The notes under the pieces: model-generated | Told to the model about the DNA's origin: nothing | Databases searched by the model: none | The model's input: only the letters and a program-made list of their open reading frames with translations | In this document: piece after piece, positions 26,300-41,100 of the stretch | Position numbering within the stretch: position 1 is the stretch's first letter | How the letters are laid out: every line of letters begins with the position of its first letter | Assembly: GCA_965113315.1 (NCBI GenBank) | Contig: OZ220367.1 | Length of the DNA: 64,000 nucleotides | Direction: 5' to 3' (one strand) | From: Podarcis vaucheri | Taxonomy: Eukaryota | Made by a program: the position numbers and the translations under genes

Positions 26300-26660
26300 A
26301 GTAAAGGTCACCATTCACTGGTCTTGGGAGATGTGAGGCAGAATTCCAGTGGAGAAACTGGAACAAGGCTTGTCACCTTTGTGCCCAGACATCTACAGGT
26401 TAGATGAGGTTTGGAGAGGGAGATCAGATCAGAAAAGCAGATTGGGGAGTTATCAGCACAACGGAGGCAGCCAAAGACTTTTGACTGAATGGGGGAAGCC
26501 AGAAAGTGACAGTGGAATGAGAAGAGTCAGAGACAAAGGTCCAACCCTACTGAGAACTCTCCAGGGACTGGAAGAGATGAAGAGCACTGAAAGAAATAGC
26601 AAGACAGGAGGAGGAATAGTATGGAACGTCGTAAAAGATGGGAGAAGAGGCAACGAAGTA
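26300..26660 (-). mobile_element. Ancient L2 RT fragment
   Basis: Decayed GVPQGS.LGP and tgtgctgataactccc (YADD-like) on the minus strand. Confidence 0.45.
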
Positions 26661-28880
26661 AAGTTATCTAAGCAACAGACCCTTGATGATGAAACTGATT
26701 GTATCTTGAATAATGCAATGACCAAATCTAAAATTTAACCTGATTAAGGAAAATAGAAACAGCTCTAATCAACAGCAGGACTTTGCCCAGTTGGTTTTAA
26801 ATGGCCTGACTTTTTGCCGTATTAGAGGTGGCGGCAGGAGGTATTATCTTTTATCAATCACATCTGAATCCAACAGCATCCTGGCTGTTACACTTGCAGT
26901 GTACTGCAGGCTCAAGATTAAATGGCATCTTCATGTGGATTCACATATTTGCATAAAATAACAAGGCTGCCATGGCTTTTAAGATCTTACCTCCCCAATG
27001 CACATGGCAGCATATCTGTCAAGGGTTGATTTCCAGTCACAGGCATGGGGTATTATGCCACCCAAAAGCGACTAGAGCTGGAATGGCACACTTCCAAACA
27101 GCAACTTAGCTAGTCCTTAGTCCTCTGGCATGGCTATAACTCTGTCATTGCAATTGCCAGGTTTTCTGAAACAGGTAGCTATAAATTTTGGGTACTCTTT
27201 TGCTGTGGAAAGACAAGCCTGGGGAGAAATTATATTAAATAATATTTTAAAAATGAAACTAGTAGATTATTTCAAGAGCATCTTTGCTGTGGAAAGACAT
27301 AGGAAAACAATTCCCCTTGGTAACTTTTTCTTGGCTCTGTCTTCAGGGACGTCAGAAGTGGATAGATACACTTAGGAGCCGTGTGTTTAAACCCTGGTCA
27401 CAATTCTTTCCCCTGCGTACCACACTGAGCTCATCTGACCAACATATGAAGTGCTATTAATATATCATATCATAAGCACTCAACAGAGTTTGGCACTTTA
27501 TAGCATCTCCAGCATCCAGCCAACATGACTGTTCAGGGTCTTGCAGGTGTCCGTTCACAGTACAACAGAGATACTCTCTTAATTTCTATGGGCAGGGATG
27601 TCTTGGATACCCAGAATATCCCTTCTGTAACCACAACACTCCAAAATTTGCAGAGGGAATAAAATACACAACCCACTAAAAGTAGCTCAAATGTATTCCT
27701 AACCACACAACTTTTACATGTTTTGACACGGATTTGTAGAATGTGTGGTTTTTAGTCCAGGCATGGGATAGTTAAGAAAGAGGAATCCTCAGGTCTACTT
27801 AGCTACATGCAGGCTCAGAACAGACTCTACGCTGGAAAAGCAACTTCAAATTTCCACACCCAGAAAAGTGGAATTCTGCAACCTAGGTAAATGAAGCAAA
27901 TGAAACCAATTTGTGCATTTGCTTCTTTCACACTTTCTCTACTTCTGTGTGTCTTACGAAGGGCTCTTAGCTATGACAGAGGTGAGGTGTCAGAGGGACC
28001 CAAGGGTCAAGACCTGGTGTCCTGTGCTGCTCAGACCACTGCCGAAAACCTGGCTAAGCTTTGCACTGCAAGGGTACCACCTAGGCTGTGATACTGGCTT
28101 CACAGGCCAATCCCTTCTCACCCAGGCCTATAAAGCCTTGGCCTCAAAACTTGCTCATTAGTCTGAACCTTCTGTCACTATGACGGTTCAGCAGTTGACT
28201 TCTGGTGCCTTGCCCTTCCCCACAGATTTCTCTGGAACATTTTGAAATGCTACATCAGATAATGTATTTAGAGATTTTTTTTGGGGGGGAGGGGGAGAAC
28301 TATGGCAGCAATCTTATGCCAACTTACCTGGGAGCAAGCATCATTGAGGTTTTGCCTTGGCATCCAACAACCAAGAGCAGATACTGTTAAGAGCTTGATA
28401 GTCACAGATACCCTGACTCCTAATCACTGGACATATTCCATATTCATTTTGCATTGATTGTGTGCACACAATCTATCCTCCCACCGTGAGAGATAGAAAC
28501 TCGTCAAATGGGGGCGGGGGTGGTGGCGGCGAGAGAAACAGATTATCAGAAATGCAGAATTCTCAGCCCAAAACTAACTTTAATTTACAGCCCTGATTTT
28601 ATGTGTTCCTGAGTTAAGGACTGGAGTGTTCTGAGACAGAGCAATGAAACATGAAGATGTTCCTAAACACTGGAGACCTCAGCTAGAGCTTTCTTCTGCC
28701 TGCTTTTTAGTAGAAACAACCCACCCTGCAGTCACAAATTAAGGCGTACTGAACGGAAGAATTGTTAATTGTGAACAGCTTGCCCAACTTTAGAATTTCT
28801 TTTTTAAAAAATTAAAAATTAAAAAGTGCCTTGTGATTCAAGAAGGGTTTTTCCAAGCCCAGAAGAGGGGATTCACAGGT

Positions 28881-29122
28881 TTAACACTGCACATTCCTCA
28901 AGCCAGTTAGAGTGACTTTCCCGTGAGTGTAAATGTCTTCATCTGTGCCTCGATTAAGGTGCTTCACCATATTTTTCTCAAAGAGCAGCGGGTGGTAGGC
29001 ACCCATAGTGCAGGCTTGGTCAAAGAACTTCTGGTAATAATGACAAACGTCTGTCTGCCTTTTGGAAGGGAGAAACTCGTAAACATCCACTTCGTCGCAG
29101 AAGTTCATCATGAGAGCAATGC
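28881..29122 (-). CDS. ST6GAL1: ST6GAL1 last coding exon ([12 protein letters not shown]...LRNVQC*)
   Basis: ctttctag|GCATTG; TAA at 28883-28881; 242 nt. Confidence 0.95.
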
Positions 29123-29212
29123 CTAGAAAGGGAGGGGAGAGAGACAAAGGATCCATTAAAAGACACAGCAGAATGGGTGACTTGAAGGCAGGGTTTAAAA
29201 ATCATGAGGGGT

Positions 29213-29272
<60 letters not shown>

Positions 29273-31979
29273 CTCAGCAACGCAGAGGGAAGAAAGGAGG
29301 TCTTCCTGATGTTTTCTTTTGACTAGAAACCTAGACAAAAGGAGTTAAAGGCTCTACAGCAGGGATGGGGAAGCTGTGGCAATCCAGATGTTGTTAGATT
29401 CCAACCACCATCCTGCCCAAGTAGCATGGCCAGTGGTGAGGAATAATGGGATCTGGGAACCCACAAGGCTACAGATCCCCCTGGCCTGATAGATATTGTT
29501 GAAGATGGCGTCTTCTCCGCCCCAGATTGTTGCAATTGAACACTGTTCAATTACTGCTAAGATTGCACCGGTATATGGATAGAAGTCATTTCTCTGCTGT
29601 ATGTCGGAAACCGTATGAGCAAATAAAGCGTAAGTGGAATTGCTTGTACCATTTTTATTCCCAAACTGGAGCTGTGCTGCCATCTAGTGGGCTTTCCCCT
29701 TAGATGTACAAAACTCCCCACAGGTACGTGTAGTGATAGACATTCTCTTAATAAGCCACAATCACCAGGTTTTCTCATTCAGAGGCCTGTACATAAAAAC
29801 AATATACCACAATACGAATGAAGCTGGTTGTATCACGTGCTGAACTTATGCAGGGGGGATTCCCTCCCCGCTCCTCTCCTCAGACAGCTGTTGTCCTTTG
29901 ACCCTCGTAAAAATTATGTGATGTGAGCAGGTTGTTTGAGTGTGAGGCGGAAATCAGGAGGAGGCTGCTTGTCTGAGTGGAGGGGGCGCGCCATTCATAC
30001 AATCTGTCTCTGCCCTATCTCCCTCCTCTATTCCTCCCTCCCTCCACATCACAAGACTTTGCAGTAGCCCCAAGATGCTCAGGGCAGGGGGAGGAGGGTC
30101 TTTGGAGATGGAAATGTCAGCTGCACACTCATGACTTATCACAACACTGGTAAATCAAACACAACCATTGGCACTGCTTTTCATCTGCCTAGCTGAAGCA
30201 CTTCCATTGAGGTTGACTAATGGCCAGAGGAGGAAAGTTCCTTTCCTCAAACAGTGGTGGGGAACCTTCAATCTACCAGGCCCAGCGAGTGGTCATTTGG
30301 GGTGACTACACCCACATTTCCTGCACCTGAGAATAGCATTGGTTGATAAGACAGCTACGGCCATTCCTGGGTTGGGACAGCTGGACCACAGTTCTCCATG
30401 CGCTGCTAACCTCACAGTTGGATTACTGCAACATGCTGTGGGGGGGGGCTACCCTTGGAGTTGATCTGGAGGGGGCAGCTAGTGCAGAAGACAACGGCCA
30501 GCTTTCTTTGGGGATTTATACTGGCAACCAATTTGCTACCAGGCTAGTTTGGGACCAGGTTACTCGAGAGACCACCCTATCTGTTACATACTCAGTAGAT
30601 TACTGTGGTTTGCAGGAGAGATCTCCCACAAGTTTCAAAAATAGCAGACGCTCACTCTGCAATAGCTCGGAGCAGGGTTTTTAGTGTGGCTGCCCCTGTC
30701 CTGGAAAATAGCATTCCTATCAAGATATGACTTGACTATTTACACTTTTGGGGGTGTGTGTGTGGAAATAGTTGAAGATATTTTTGTTCTGGCATGTTTT
30801 CCCAATTGGATCCACGGGACTATATCACAAGTGTCCACTTGTGAGGGTTTTTAGTCTTGCTTTAAACATTTGTTGTGTTGTGTTTTTAACAGTTTTTAAT
30901 TATTTTATGTGTAAATCAGCTTGAGACAGTGGCTTAGAAGACAATTAATAAATTACTTTTAATAATAATGATTGGAGTGAACCTCTAACTAAGCCCAAGC
31001 ACATGCAATTGCATGTTCTTTCACTGTTTACACATAACACACACACATGCCTCTTTGCCTTTCTCGGTTTTCCTTGTGTCAAATTTCTGATTGCAAAGTT
31101 CCATTCGGGTGGGTTCCTCTCCTCTTGTCATTTGCAAATTCCCATGCATACTGTTAGCACTATATAATGATGATGATACAATCTGTACCATGGGCTTCCG
31201 TGAATAGCAGTTCCTGGCAGATTTATTTTCCACAATTCCTCAAAGCCATTTATGATTTATATTCATAACTCATTACTGGAAAAGGTGCCGTTCTGATGAT
31301 TAACAGTGAAAAAACAGTTTATTTTTATCCCGAGGCAGAAGAGAAGCTTCACAAAGCTGTCATGTGGAACATGCTGTAGGGAAATGTTCACTAACAACTT
31401 TTCTGAATTTGCTCTGCTAATGAGGGCAGCATCCAGTCATGCTTTGTGGACGTCCTCAGAGGCAAATCATACCCCTCCCCTTTTCTGCACTAGCACGGAA
31501 TATGTTTGAGTCAAGTAGGGCTTCCCTGAAGAGCCCCACTGTCTTTGCCAGTCACAGGATCTCAATGCGCAGCAAGACACGGCAATATTTGCGCCTTATC
31601 AATTCAAGCACAGCAACAGAATTCCGCTGGAAACACGTCCTCTTTTGTGTCAGAATCTTACTATGCAATAGTGCCATCTTGTGGCGAGAGTTAAAAACAC
31701 ACACCGACTACCGTATTTACTCAAGTCTATTGCGCCGTCTATTGCCTGGTGTGCTCTGGTCCATGGGGTCACGAAGAGTCGGACACGACTAAACGACTAA
31801 ACAACAACATTGCGCCATTGAATCTAACTTGCACCTTAATTTCCGCAACGTAATTTGGCCCCCAGAAAGTGTGCATTAGAGTCGAGTAAATGCAGTAATA
31901 CTTAGGAGCGTGGGGGGTAGGAAATGGCATGGGGTGGTAATGGAATTATCATTTTGTTATAGTTATTTAGCTACAAGTA

Positions 31980-32021
<42 letters not shown>

Positions 32022-35000
32022 CTGTGTAAAAAGAAAAGAAAAGAATGCTTCATCCAGAAAAAACCAGCCTCTTTCCTGTGGTGGAAACAGCTCAAGCTAT
32101 GTGCCAAACACTAACTGTTAGCTAAAGAAGAAGAAGAAGAAGAAGAAGAAGAAGAAGAAGAAGAAGAAGATAATAATAATTCCCTCTGTGTGCATGGTGC
32201 AAGTACAAGAGGCAGATCCTTGACCCAATAGTGTTTACACTAAGGAAGAAGAACCTGAGACCCTCCAGATGATACAGCACATCTCCCACCCTTCTAACCA
32301 CTGGGCATGCTGGCAGGGCTTGGTAGGAATTGGGATCCAACAACATCTGGAGGAACACATATCACCCATCCTTGGTTTGCAGTCAAAAGATGGAGACAAG
32401 ATGCCAACAGGAGAATAACATGTTTGCTCAATATAGTGTCCTCCAGATGTTGGTGGCCAAACCGATTGCGCCTTATGAGAATTGGGAGCCAACAACATCT
32501 GGGGGCACCAGGATGACTACCCCAGCAGTAAGGTATGCTAAAGGGTGATGTCAAAGGCTTCACTAAACAAGTGTGTTTTGAGGGAGGCAAGAGGGGTGGC
32601 AGCACCTTATAACAGAGGCCAGGGATAGACTGAAGTTGTAGAATGAGCATTTGTTAACAAATCTAGCAGTCTATTTTATGAGGAAAGGGATAAATGAGGG
32701 CAATGGATTGACCTCTATTTTCTCTTCCATGTCTCGGCTGCTCTCAACCAGAGACTTTATTCTACTGAATTTTTAGATCCCTTAAACCCTTTTTTTACTC
32801 CCTTGGCTCAACTGCCACCAATGTTTTGTTAGCTCAGAGGTTCTTACCTGGCTGTTTTGGCTGCTTTTCCTTGAATTTACAAATCTATATACTTCTGCAA
32901 ACTGAGCTCCCCAAGTATGTAGAAGCCCTTCTCTTACTGATAGGCACTCAACCGGCCAAGTTCACTGTTACATGAAAAGATAGGTAACACCCACTCACAG
33001 TCCAGAGAAGAAACCCAGGACTTGTCCTGAAAACAACGTACCAAGCATCCCTGAAGATGGAGGATTTGGCTGAATATCCTCTGGTGAGTTTTCTTGAAGG
33101 ATATCCCAGAGCTGCCACTGCATGTGGGGATTCAGGATATAAAAAGGTTGTTCCGGGTGCCTTTTCCGATAGTTCTTGTAGCTTTTAAAGAAATTGTAGT
33201 CCGGTTTTTGGTACCACTGAAACCAAAAGCAAAAAAGAATTGTGGCTCTTCTACGAATACTAGCAAAACTGTCTCCAAACAGAGAAGCCTGATTCAGAGA
33301 TGTTCTCAAAAAAAAAAAAAATTCATGTCCCCACACCAAGCGGAAGAACCGTGCCGAATTTCAGATGAACAGCTGCAGTGGTTCCGTGAGGGCTGCCTTT
33401 GCAGCTCTGAGGTGCATCACTTAAATCTCAAGTGTTTTGCGGGCAATTGGCTTGAAAATTGTAGACATGAGAGAGATGCTGCTAGACAAGAAGCTTGCCG
33501 AACTGCAGAGAAATAGATCCAGGGGTTGTTTGTTTTTAAATTGATTTTGTGGGGGGTTGTGGAAATAATTAAAGGGATGTGCTTTTATCCTTTGGTTTTC
33601 TTTGTAGGCAATAATTCAATAGCTGCCCTAAGCCTTGGTGGAACTGTACATGGAGCATCAAAGTGTTCTGATTTGAGGATTAGGCCGATTTCAGGTACCT
33701 GGTGCTTTTGGTGTCAGGTGTGAGGAGATACTAGAGAAGGAGTCAGCAATGTTTTTCAGTCGTGGGCCCTCAGACCATGTAGTGGGCCGGACTATATTTT
33801 TTTGGGGGAAATGAACGGATTCCTATGCCCCACAAATAACCCAGAGATGCATTTTAAATAAAAGCACACATTCTACTCATGTAAAAACATGCTGGTTCCC
33901 AGACTGTCCATGGGCCGGATTGAGAAGGTGATTGGGCCACATCCGGCCCACAGGCCTTAGGTTGTCTTCCCCTGTACTAGTCTTTACAACCACAGAACCA
34001 TGCATTTCCAGGATGACCACAACCTTCTCCCAGAATCCACTGCAATTCCAGGCAATTATTTTAATATGCACATAGCTCAAACGTACCTCGTGGATACCTG
34101 AGTGATATGGTGCTGGATCCCACACAATTAAGATTCCAGAATTATACTGCGGATCTGTAACAAACTTCTGTTCTTCTACAGTAATAAGCTGGGAATGACA
34201 AAAGAGGTGGTGATTAATACATGTTGCCACTCTGAAAAGCACAGGGGGGTCAGACTGCAAGGCTTTACTGGTGGCAAATGTCACTGACTGTTGCAGTCAA
34301 AATAAAAAAATTCCTTCCAGTAGCACCTTCAAGACCAACTAAGTTAGTTCTTGGTATGAGCTTTCGTGTGCATGCACACTTCTTCAGATAGGTATAGCTA
34401 TTCTTCAGATAGCGACAAGCCAAAGTTTGGCCTGTTGTAACATGCAAATGCATGATCATGGGAAACAAACCATGATTATTTTGACTATGGCAGACCAACA
34501 CGGCTACCTACCTGTGACTGTTGCAGGACACTGTTCCATGAGAACTGCAACTTTTAAGCTGCAGTTCCTTTTGAAACCAAGGGCAATGATCTTGATAACC
34601 AGGGCAGGATCGGTGAAAACAGTGGCTCCAAATCTAGACAGATCTAGTCATGCAGTAGGGTTAAATGACCTAGCCACACATTCTCTTGAATTATTCTCAA
34701 ATCAGGCTAAAGACCATGAGGTAGTGCACATATCTCTCTTCTGGCCCAGTGGCAAAGAATGCTTGGAGCAATTTAAAAACAAGGTCAGCTCTGTTCACCC
34801 AACTATGAAATGCAGTGCAATAGCAGCATCAAAAATTCACACATCCCTTTCCTAGATATCATCCTCACTACTGATCCAAACAAGATTATCATGGATTTCT
34901 TCTTTTTTTATATATAACAATTCGTTAATTTTATATAGTTTAAAAACCTGATGCTCAAGTTTATTGGAGCTGCATTTCCTGTTATCCAAAACATCTATAG

Positions 35001-38000
35001 TGAAAAAATGAATTCAAAAACACCTTCTGTACAGAAAATATCCTCTGCACATCTTTGATTGCAGCAGGCACCAAGCACCTATATTCTCCAGACAGTGGCC
35101 TTCTTTGCACACAATGGTCAATGGCTTTCATATCATTGAATTGGGAACCCATGGGTCATCTACTAGCGCAAGCAGCAGCGACAAGCCAAAGTCGCATGAT
35201 CATGGGAAACAAACCATGCATGATCATGGGAAACAAACCATGATCTGAAGCTAAGGTTTGTTTTGCTTCAGGAGAAACTAGTGACAATCCAGGGTTCACA
35301 AACCTCATGGCTTGTCGCTTCAGCTCACCTGATGGGAGAAGCGAAATGGGAACAATCTCTTTCGCAGTAATCCATAAGACATGGTTTACCGTGACATGCG
35401 AACGAGACCAGTCTCTCCTCCACATCATATGTTCTTGATGGCACAGCCTCCCACCATCTCCCAACTTTTTCCTGACCATGAAGGTGGGTTATACAGAGGT
35501 AGCCAACTCACAAAGCCTTGCAAAAGGCACCTGCAAGTTCCTCTCATCGTCAAGCTCAAAATCCATGTGAGTAGGGAGAACAGAAATATTGTTCTTATTT
35601 TAATAATTTATATATTCCTTAATCCCCACGTGGCTTCTAAATGGTTTACAAAGCATAAAAAACCAACTGAGCATCTTTGTTAAGATACAGTGTAATTAGA
35701 AACACACCATAATTAAAGTGCACAATAAAACAGTCCCATTAAAACATTAAAATACAAATGACCGTTATTAAAATGTGCAATGGAACCGCCCCGTTAAAAC
35801 ACAGGGGAATGCCTGTGTAAACCACCAATCAGCAATCTAGGGTTATTAAACAACTGGATTAGATTTCAATTTTTCTACTAGGGCCTATATTCTGGATCAT
35901 CCTTACTGGGAAATGAGCTTGTTACAAAGCAAGCCTACCCCACTCCTCTGCTTATTCTATGGTAATCTGCGCCTGAGAAGGGGATTTTGGTGAACAGACT
36001 CCATTACAGGAAGCTCATCATGCATACTGAAGCAAACTGAGTTGCAACACTTTCTGGTAAACCTATTGTTTCCTTTACTGTAAATCTCTGCTATCTCCCC
36101 TTATCACTTGTGGGTTTAAAACAAACAGAACAGCATCTGACTCAATCTGGAAGTGTTAAGGCAAGATATTATCACCTGCACAGGGCACTCCTTCCTATGC
36201 ACTCCTTCCCACAATTATTAATCAAGTAGTGTCAATGGCCTGAGGCTCCTTCCAGTAGAGCCCAAAAGATTACATTAATCCCCTAATCACCTAGAAACAG
36301 AATGATGTTTCTTTAGAAGCAATTTCTAAAGCCTTTAGACTTTTCCTGGCTGGCACCACTTTAAACCCTTTACCACTCTTTCATGGCCAAGAAGACAAGA
36401 GTTGTCTTTGCTTCTGTTTTAATTTTGAGCCAGTTTGAGACCTGCTCCCTTTATTCTCCTTGTCATGTCCCAAACTCATCCAATTGCTTTCTTCTGATCC
36501 TTCCCTAAAACCTTTCCCAACACCCCATAAAATTACTACCTCCTTCATCCTCTGACAACCTCCCTTTCTCTTCCTAAAGCAAGTCAGTCTGATCTCTCTG
36601 GCCCATGTCAATGCATCCTAGAGTTTCTATATGTTCCCAGGAATGCTTTAACGATAATCAATATAATTAACTCTTGTATTGGTCTTAAACTCTCAAACTT
36701 AGCCTATTACTAGGGTTATTTATTCCGTTTATTGATTTACAGTAAGCAAGCCAATTCCCCACCTTGATGCAGTCAATTTACTTTTGATTTATCTCTGTTG
36801 TCTGTGTTAATGGTTATAGGGTCAAATTCTGGCATGGGCTCAGCTCTCAAAGTCAAATGATCCCAAAATATGTCCAGGTTGTGTGTGAGAATGGCAAGCT
36901 TGAGTGCAAATGGCACATTTCTTTTTTTTTTTTAAAAGCCACTGTTACCTTTACGGCTATCTTTAAAAGCAAAATAAGTGATAAGACTTTATTTGCATTA
37001 AACAGAACTTCACGGGTGTGTCCAATACGTGTTACTTGAATGGTAGCACTCTGAATGCCATGCCCTCTGTGTCGAAAGAAAAACATAATTCAGAAAGCAC
37101 GAATCAGCAACCGCGACCCATAAGCTAGACTGACCCGCTTCCAAACATTTTTATTCTGATGGTTACAACTGCTCTGACTGAAATGTTTCCCACAGAAAAA
37201 CCTCTCTAAATCTAAAAATGCTAGAAAAAAGGAGGGGGGAAAGCATCTGGAGCATGGAGTCTAAAAGTCAACACAGGGGAGAAAAGAGCAAGGAAAGAAA
37301 TATGGAGACATGTGTGAGTAAGAGGGGAAATGTGTGTCTGTCCCAGTCACACTATCTTGGCTTAGTTACAGTACTAAGGCAAGGCGTGGGGAAACTTTTT
37401 GTACCCAAAGGCCACTTGCCCTCACAGGCAACCTTCCGGGAGCACATGCCACAGATGGGTGAGGCGGAAGCAAAAGTGGGTGGGGCCACAGGTGTGGCAG
37501 AAGGCTGCACTCAAGTCACACAACGAAGCCAGAGGTATCTGTGCACATGCCGGTCACGCCCCTTTCTCCGATCAGGCAAGCAAAAAGGCAAAGAAACATC
37601 TGAAGGCAGCCCTGTTTAGGGAAGTTTTTAAGATTTAATGCTGTATTGTTTTTAATACTTGATTGGGAGCCACCCAGGGTGGCTGCGGAAACTCAGCCAG
37701 ATGGGTGGGGTATAAATTATCATCATCATCATCATCATCATCATCTTCACTTTCCACTGCTTCTGCAAACTGAGGTTCAGGGGCAGTTCTGCACGAACCT
37801 GCAAAAGTGTTTCTCCATTAATTCCGCTGCCTCATTAGTATGCTGCCACCAGATACTTCTGGCTATTTTTAGCACAGTACGTCCACACCAGTACTGCCGC
37901 AGCTTCACAATCCCGCTTGCAGTGCCTTTCTGCCCTTCATCAGCTTGTGGCTAAATTGCTACCAGATTTACTTGTGTTCCCCTGTATGACTCCTAATGAA

Positions 38001-38095
38001 CTACTTCATTACTTAACTGTTTGGGCTTTGCTAACTCTGGACTTACTTGCCTCTGTAATTCATTCTGCGTTAGCTATTACACAGATGAATGGCAT

Positions 38096-38135
<40 letters not shown>

Positions 38136-41100
38136 GGCTTCTGTGTAAATGCTAATTTTCAGTTTAGCTTTCTTGTATTTCTGACAACAGGTGTGATTTA
38201 CTCTCTCCCACCACATGTTGTCTCCCCATCAGACTATGGGGCAATACTGGAAGCGACACTTCCCACATGGAGGTTTTTACGGCAGAGAACACGAAGTGCC
38301 TAAGGATTACTTTTCAGCTGCTCCATTCCCACCATCCTTCATAGTTTTAGGAAAAGGCCTCCGCCTCTTCCTGCTGCTCCAATCAATCAAGTTGTCTGAC
38401 GGGGCCAGCTGCAGGGATCAGGGCATCCCTTTGGCGACACCACATATCCAAACTGGACTGCGGGCATAGAGGGTTGAAATGTTGCAGTGAAGAGGTCATT
38501 CGCAATTGCGGACGTGGTTTGGAGAACATGGACTCTTCCTTGCATCAGATTTAGACTTTGAAATGGAATGGTGCCCCAGAGTGAGATCACTTTTGTTAGA
38601 AGAATTTTAAGGTCTCAAATATAGAATAAATATTCATCAATGCACATATATCTAAATATATGAACCATGTGTCTGAAATAGTATGGAAGAGCAATCCTGA
38701 AGCCATTTTGACTCTCCCAATGGCCTCAAATATTCCTCTGCAGTAAGGGAGGCAAATGGGAAAGCCTTCCCATTGTCTTTTTGCTTGCAAATCCTGTCTT
38801 AAGAGCATATTTGTGTACGAATAGAGCGAACCTGTGACCTGGACTCAGGAACTAAAGTATTAACCATTACAAAAGAATAGCTAGACTGCCCAGGTAATGC
38901 AATCGGTGACCATGATCCTGGCAGACAGTATTTCTGCTGTAGACTGCCTCCTTCTGTGATGATCTTTTTTTGGGTGGGTGGCCTTGGGTTACAGGGTGGG
39001 CAATTTCAAATGCCTATGTAAGGGCTTGCACACCATTGTTCAGGGTTCTCCTCCCTCCTGCGTGTGGGGACCCTGCTGCAACAGCTCCTTTAATAAAGAT
39101 CAGGCTTACTAGCCGCTTTGCTTCTCAATATACCCTGGTTGGCCTCTGTTTTCTCCTACCAATAGGGAACCCACTTAAGGACTCTATATGGGCTCCGGAA
39201 TACCCCATAAGGCAGGGGTGCCCAAACATTTTTCAAAGAGCATTTTACCCCAGGACATATACTGTCACAGGGGCCGGATTAAATCAACCAACAGGTCGGA
39301 TTAGGCCCCCAAAACAGACTTTGGACATGCCTGCCATAAGGGAAAGGGAACAGTTTTTCTTAAAACACTTTCAAATGGTGATAGGTGCATAGGAATACAA
39401 TATGCTATTTCATACTTGGTCAAACCAGTGGTCCATCTACCCCAGCATTGTTTAAACTGACCAGCAGTGGCTGTCTAGGGTTTCAGACAAGGGGGCATAT
39501 CGAGCCCTATCTGGAGATGCAAGGGACTGAACCTGGGACATTCTGCATCCAGAACAGATGCTTTACCACTGAGCTTTCCAAGATAAAGGTATTTTAGATG
39601 GGCAAGTGAAGCAAAATCCATGCTGTGCTATGAATGACAAGAGTGTGTGTCTGCATTCTTTCTCCTTGCTTTTTATCACCGGCCAGGGACACCGTTTAAA
39701 ATCATCACAAAAGAGCAATGGTATTTATTTACCAAGAAATTACTGCTTTTCTTCCGATTGTGCCCTTAAGGGTTGCACAAGGACCTGGAAAATCTGTGAT
39801 CTCTCTTAATATTTCAGCCCTATTAAACTCCTTTGGTCTTATTCTTTGTCAGGCAGAGAATTCAGAAATCCCATTCAGAAAACCTAAAAGCATCCCGTTC
39901 CAATTCTAGTCATTCTTGAATGAGTGAGCACTTTCCTTAGAGTAAATCCTATTGAACACAGGGTGTTTGCTTTTAAATAAACATGCAAAGGGATCATGCT
40001 GCACTGCTCATTTCCCTGTGGCCTACTCTGAAGGTCCTTCTCGCTTTTGCAATGTGTGAGCCGCTGCACCACGATTTTTTTGTAGAACATGGGCACAAAA
40101 TTATTATTCTCTCTCCCTCTCCCTCTCCCCCTCCTCCCCACACACTGTCAGGTGGTGCTTTTTAAAAAATCTGCTGTCCTTTCCACAGTGAAAAGACACT
40201 TTTTCAGATATCACTAAGAAAGGTTTAGAGGCAGGCCTTTTATGTTCATCAGCTGTGTTCTTGTGCAATGGCAGCATAAAGAGCTGACATAAGTGATTCT
40301 TCTACTTTTTGCTGCTATTCTTACTTACAAATCTTTTCAGGACAGAACAACAAAAAACGAGCTGAAGGAGCTCTCATTACACACTCCTTTCTGTTGCTCC
40401 CTTAGCACAGTGCATACCATGCAAACTTACCTGGGAATTAACAAGGCGTATTGTGGTTTTCTGCCCTACATCAGCCTGGTACCCTCTGGTAGGGGCTCCA
40501 TTAAACCGCAGCACTGCATCGTGGTGATCTGAAAGCAGCGAGGAGGAAATATAAATTGAAAGGCACCTGCTCGAGCAAAAGCCCTGAAGTCTCAAAAGTT
40601 TCTGTTTCAAGCTCTGGAACCCAACTGTCCCACTGCTTCAGAAGAAGACAGTGAGGAGCATTAGCCTTACAACAATCAAACTTTCCACTGTGAATGTGAA
40701 AACTTCCCATCAGCCCTGCCACATCCCAATTAGCTCCTGAATCTCTTATGCCATTTGAAAGAAATCCTCTGTTAACAGAGAACTGTGAACTGAAAATTTC
40801 AGCAAAGGCGGACATGTGAAAGCTGTGAAAGGGGGTACCAGCTGTTTCACTTCCATTTCCCAAGGTACCTACCTTGTAAGGAGAGAGATCTCAAGCTGAT
40901 GTCTGGTTGCTGTTTTGGAGTGGAAGCAGCTTAAGAGTTTTGGGGTGGATGAGACACTGAGGCTTAACACAGACAGAGGTAATATTGGTTGTGGGTACTG
41001 AAAAAGTGGGAGCAGGTACTGAGTCTGTTTGGGACAGGCTTAGTTTATATTTTATGGATTTTTATAAGGTTGTCATATTGTTTTGGTTTTATTTTACACT

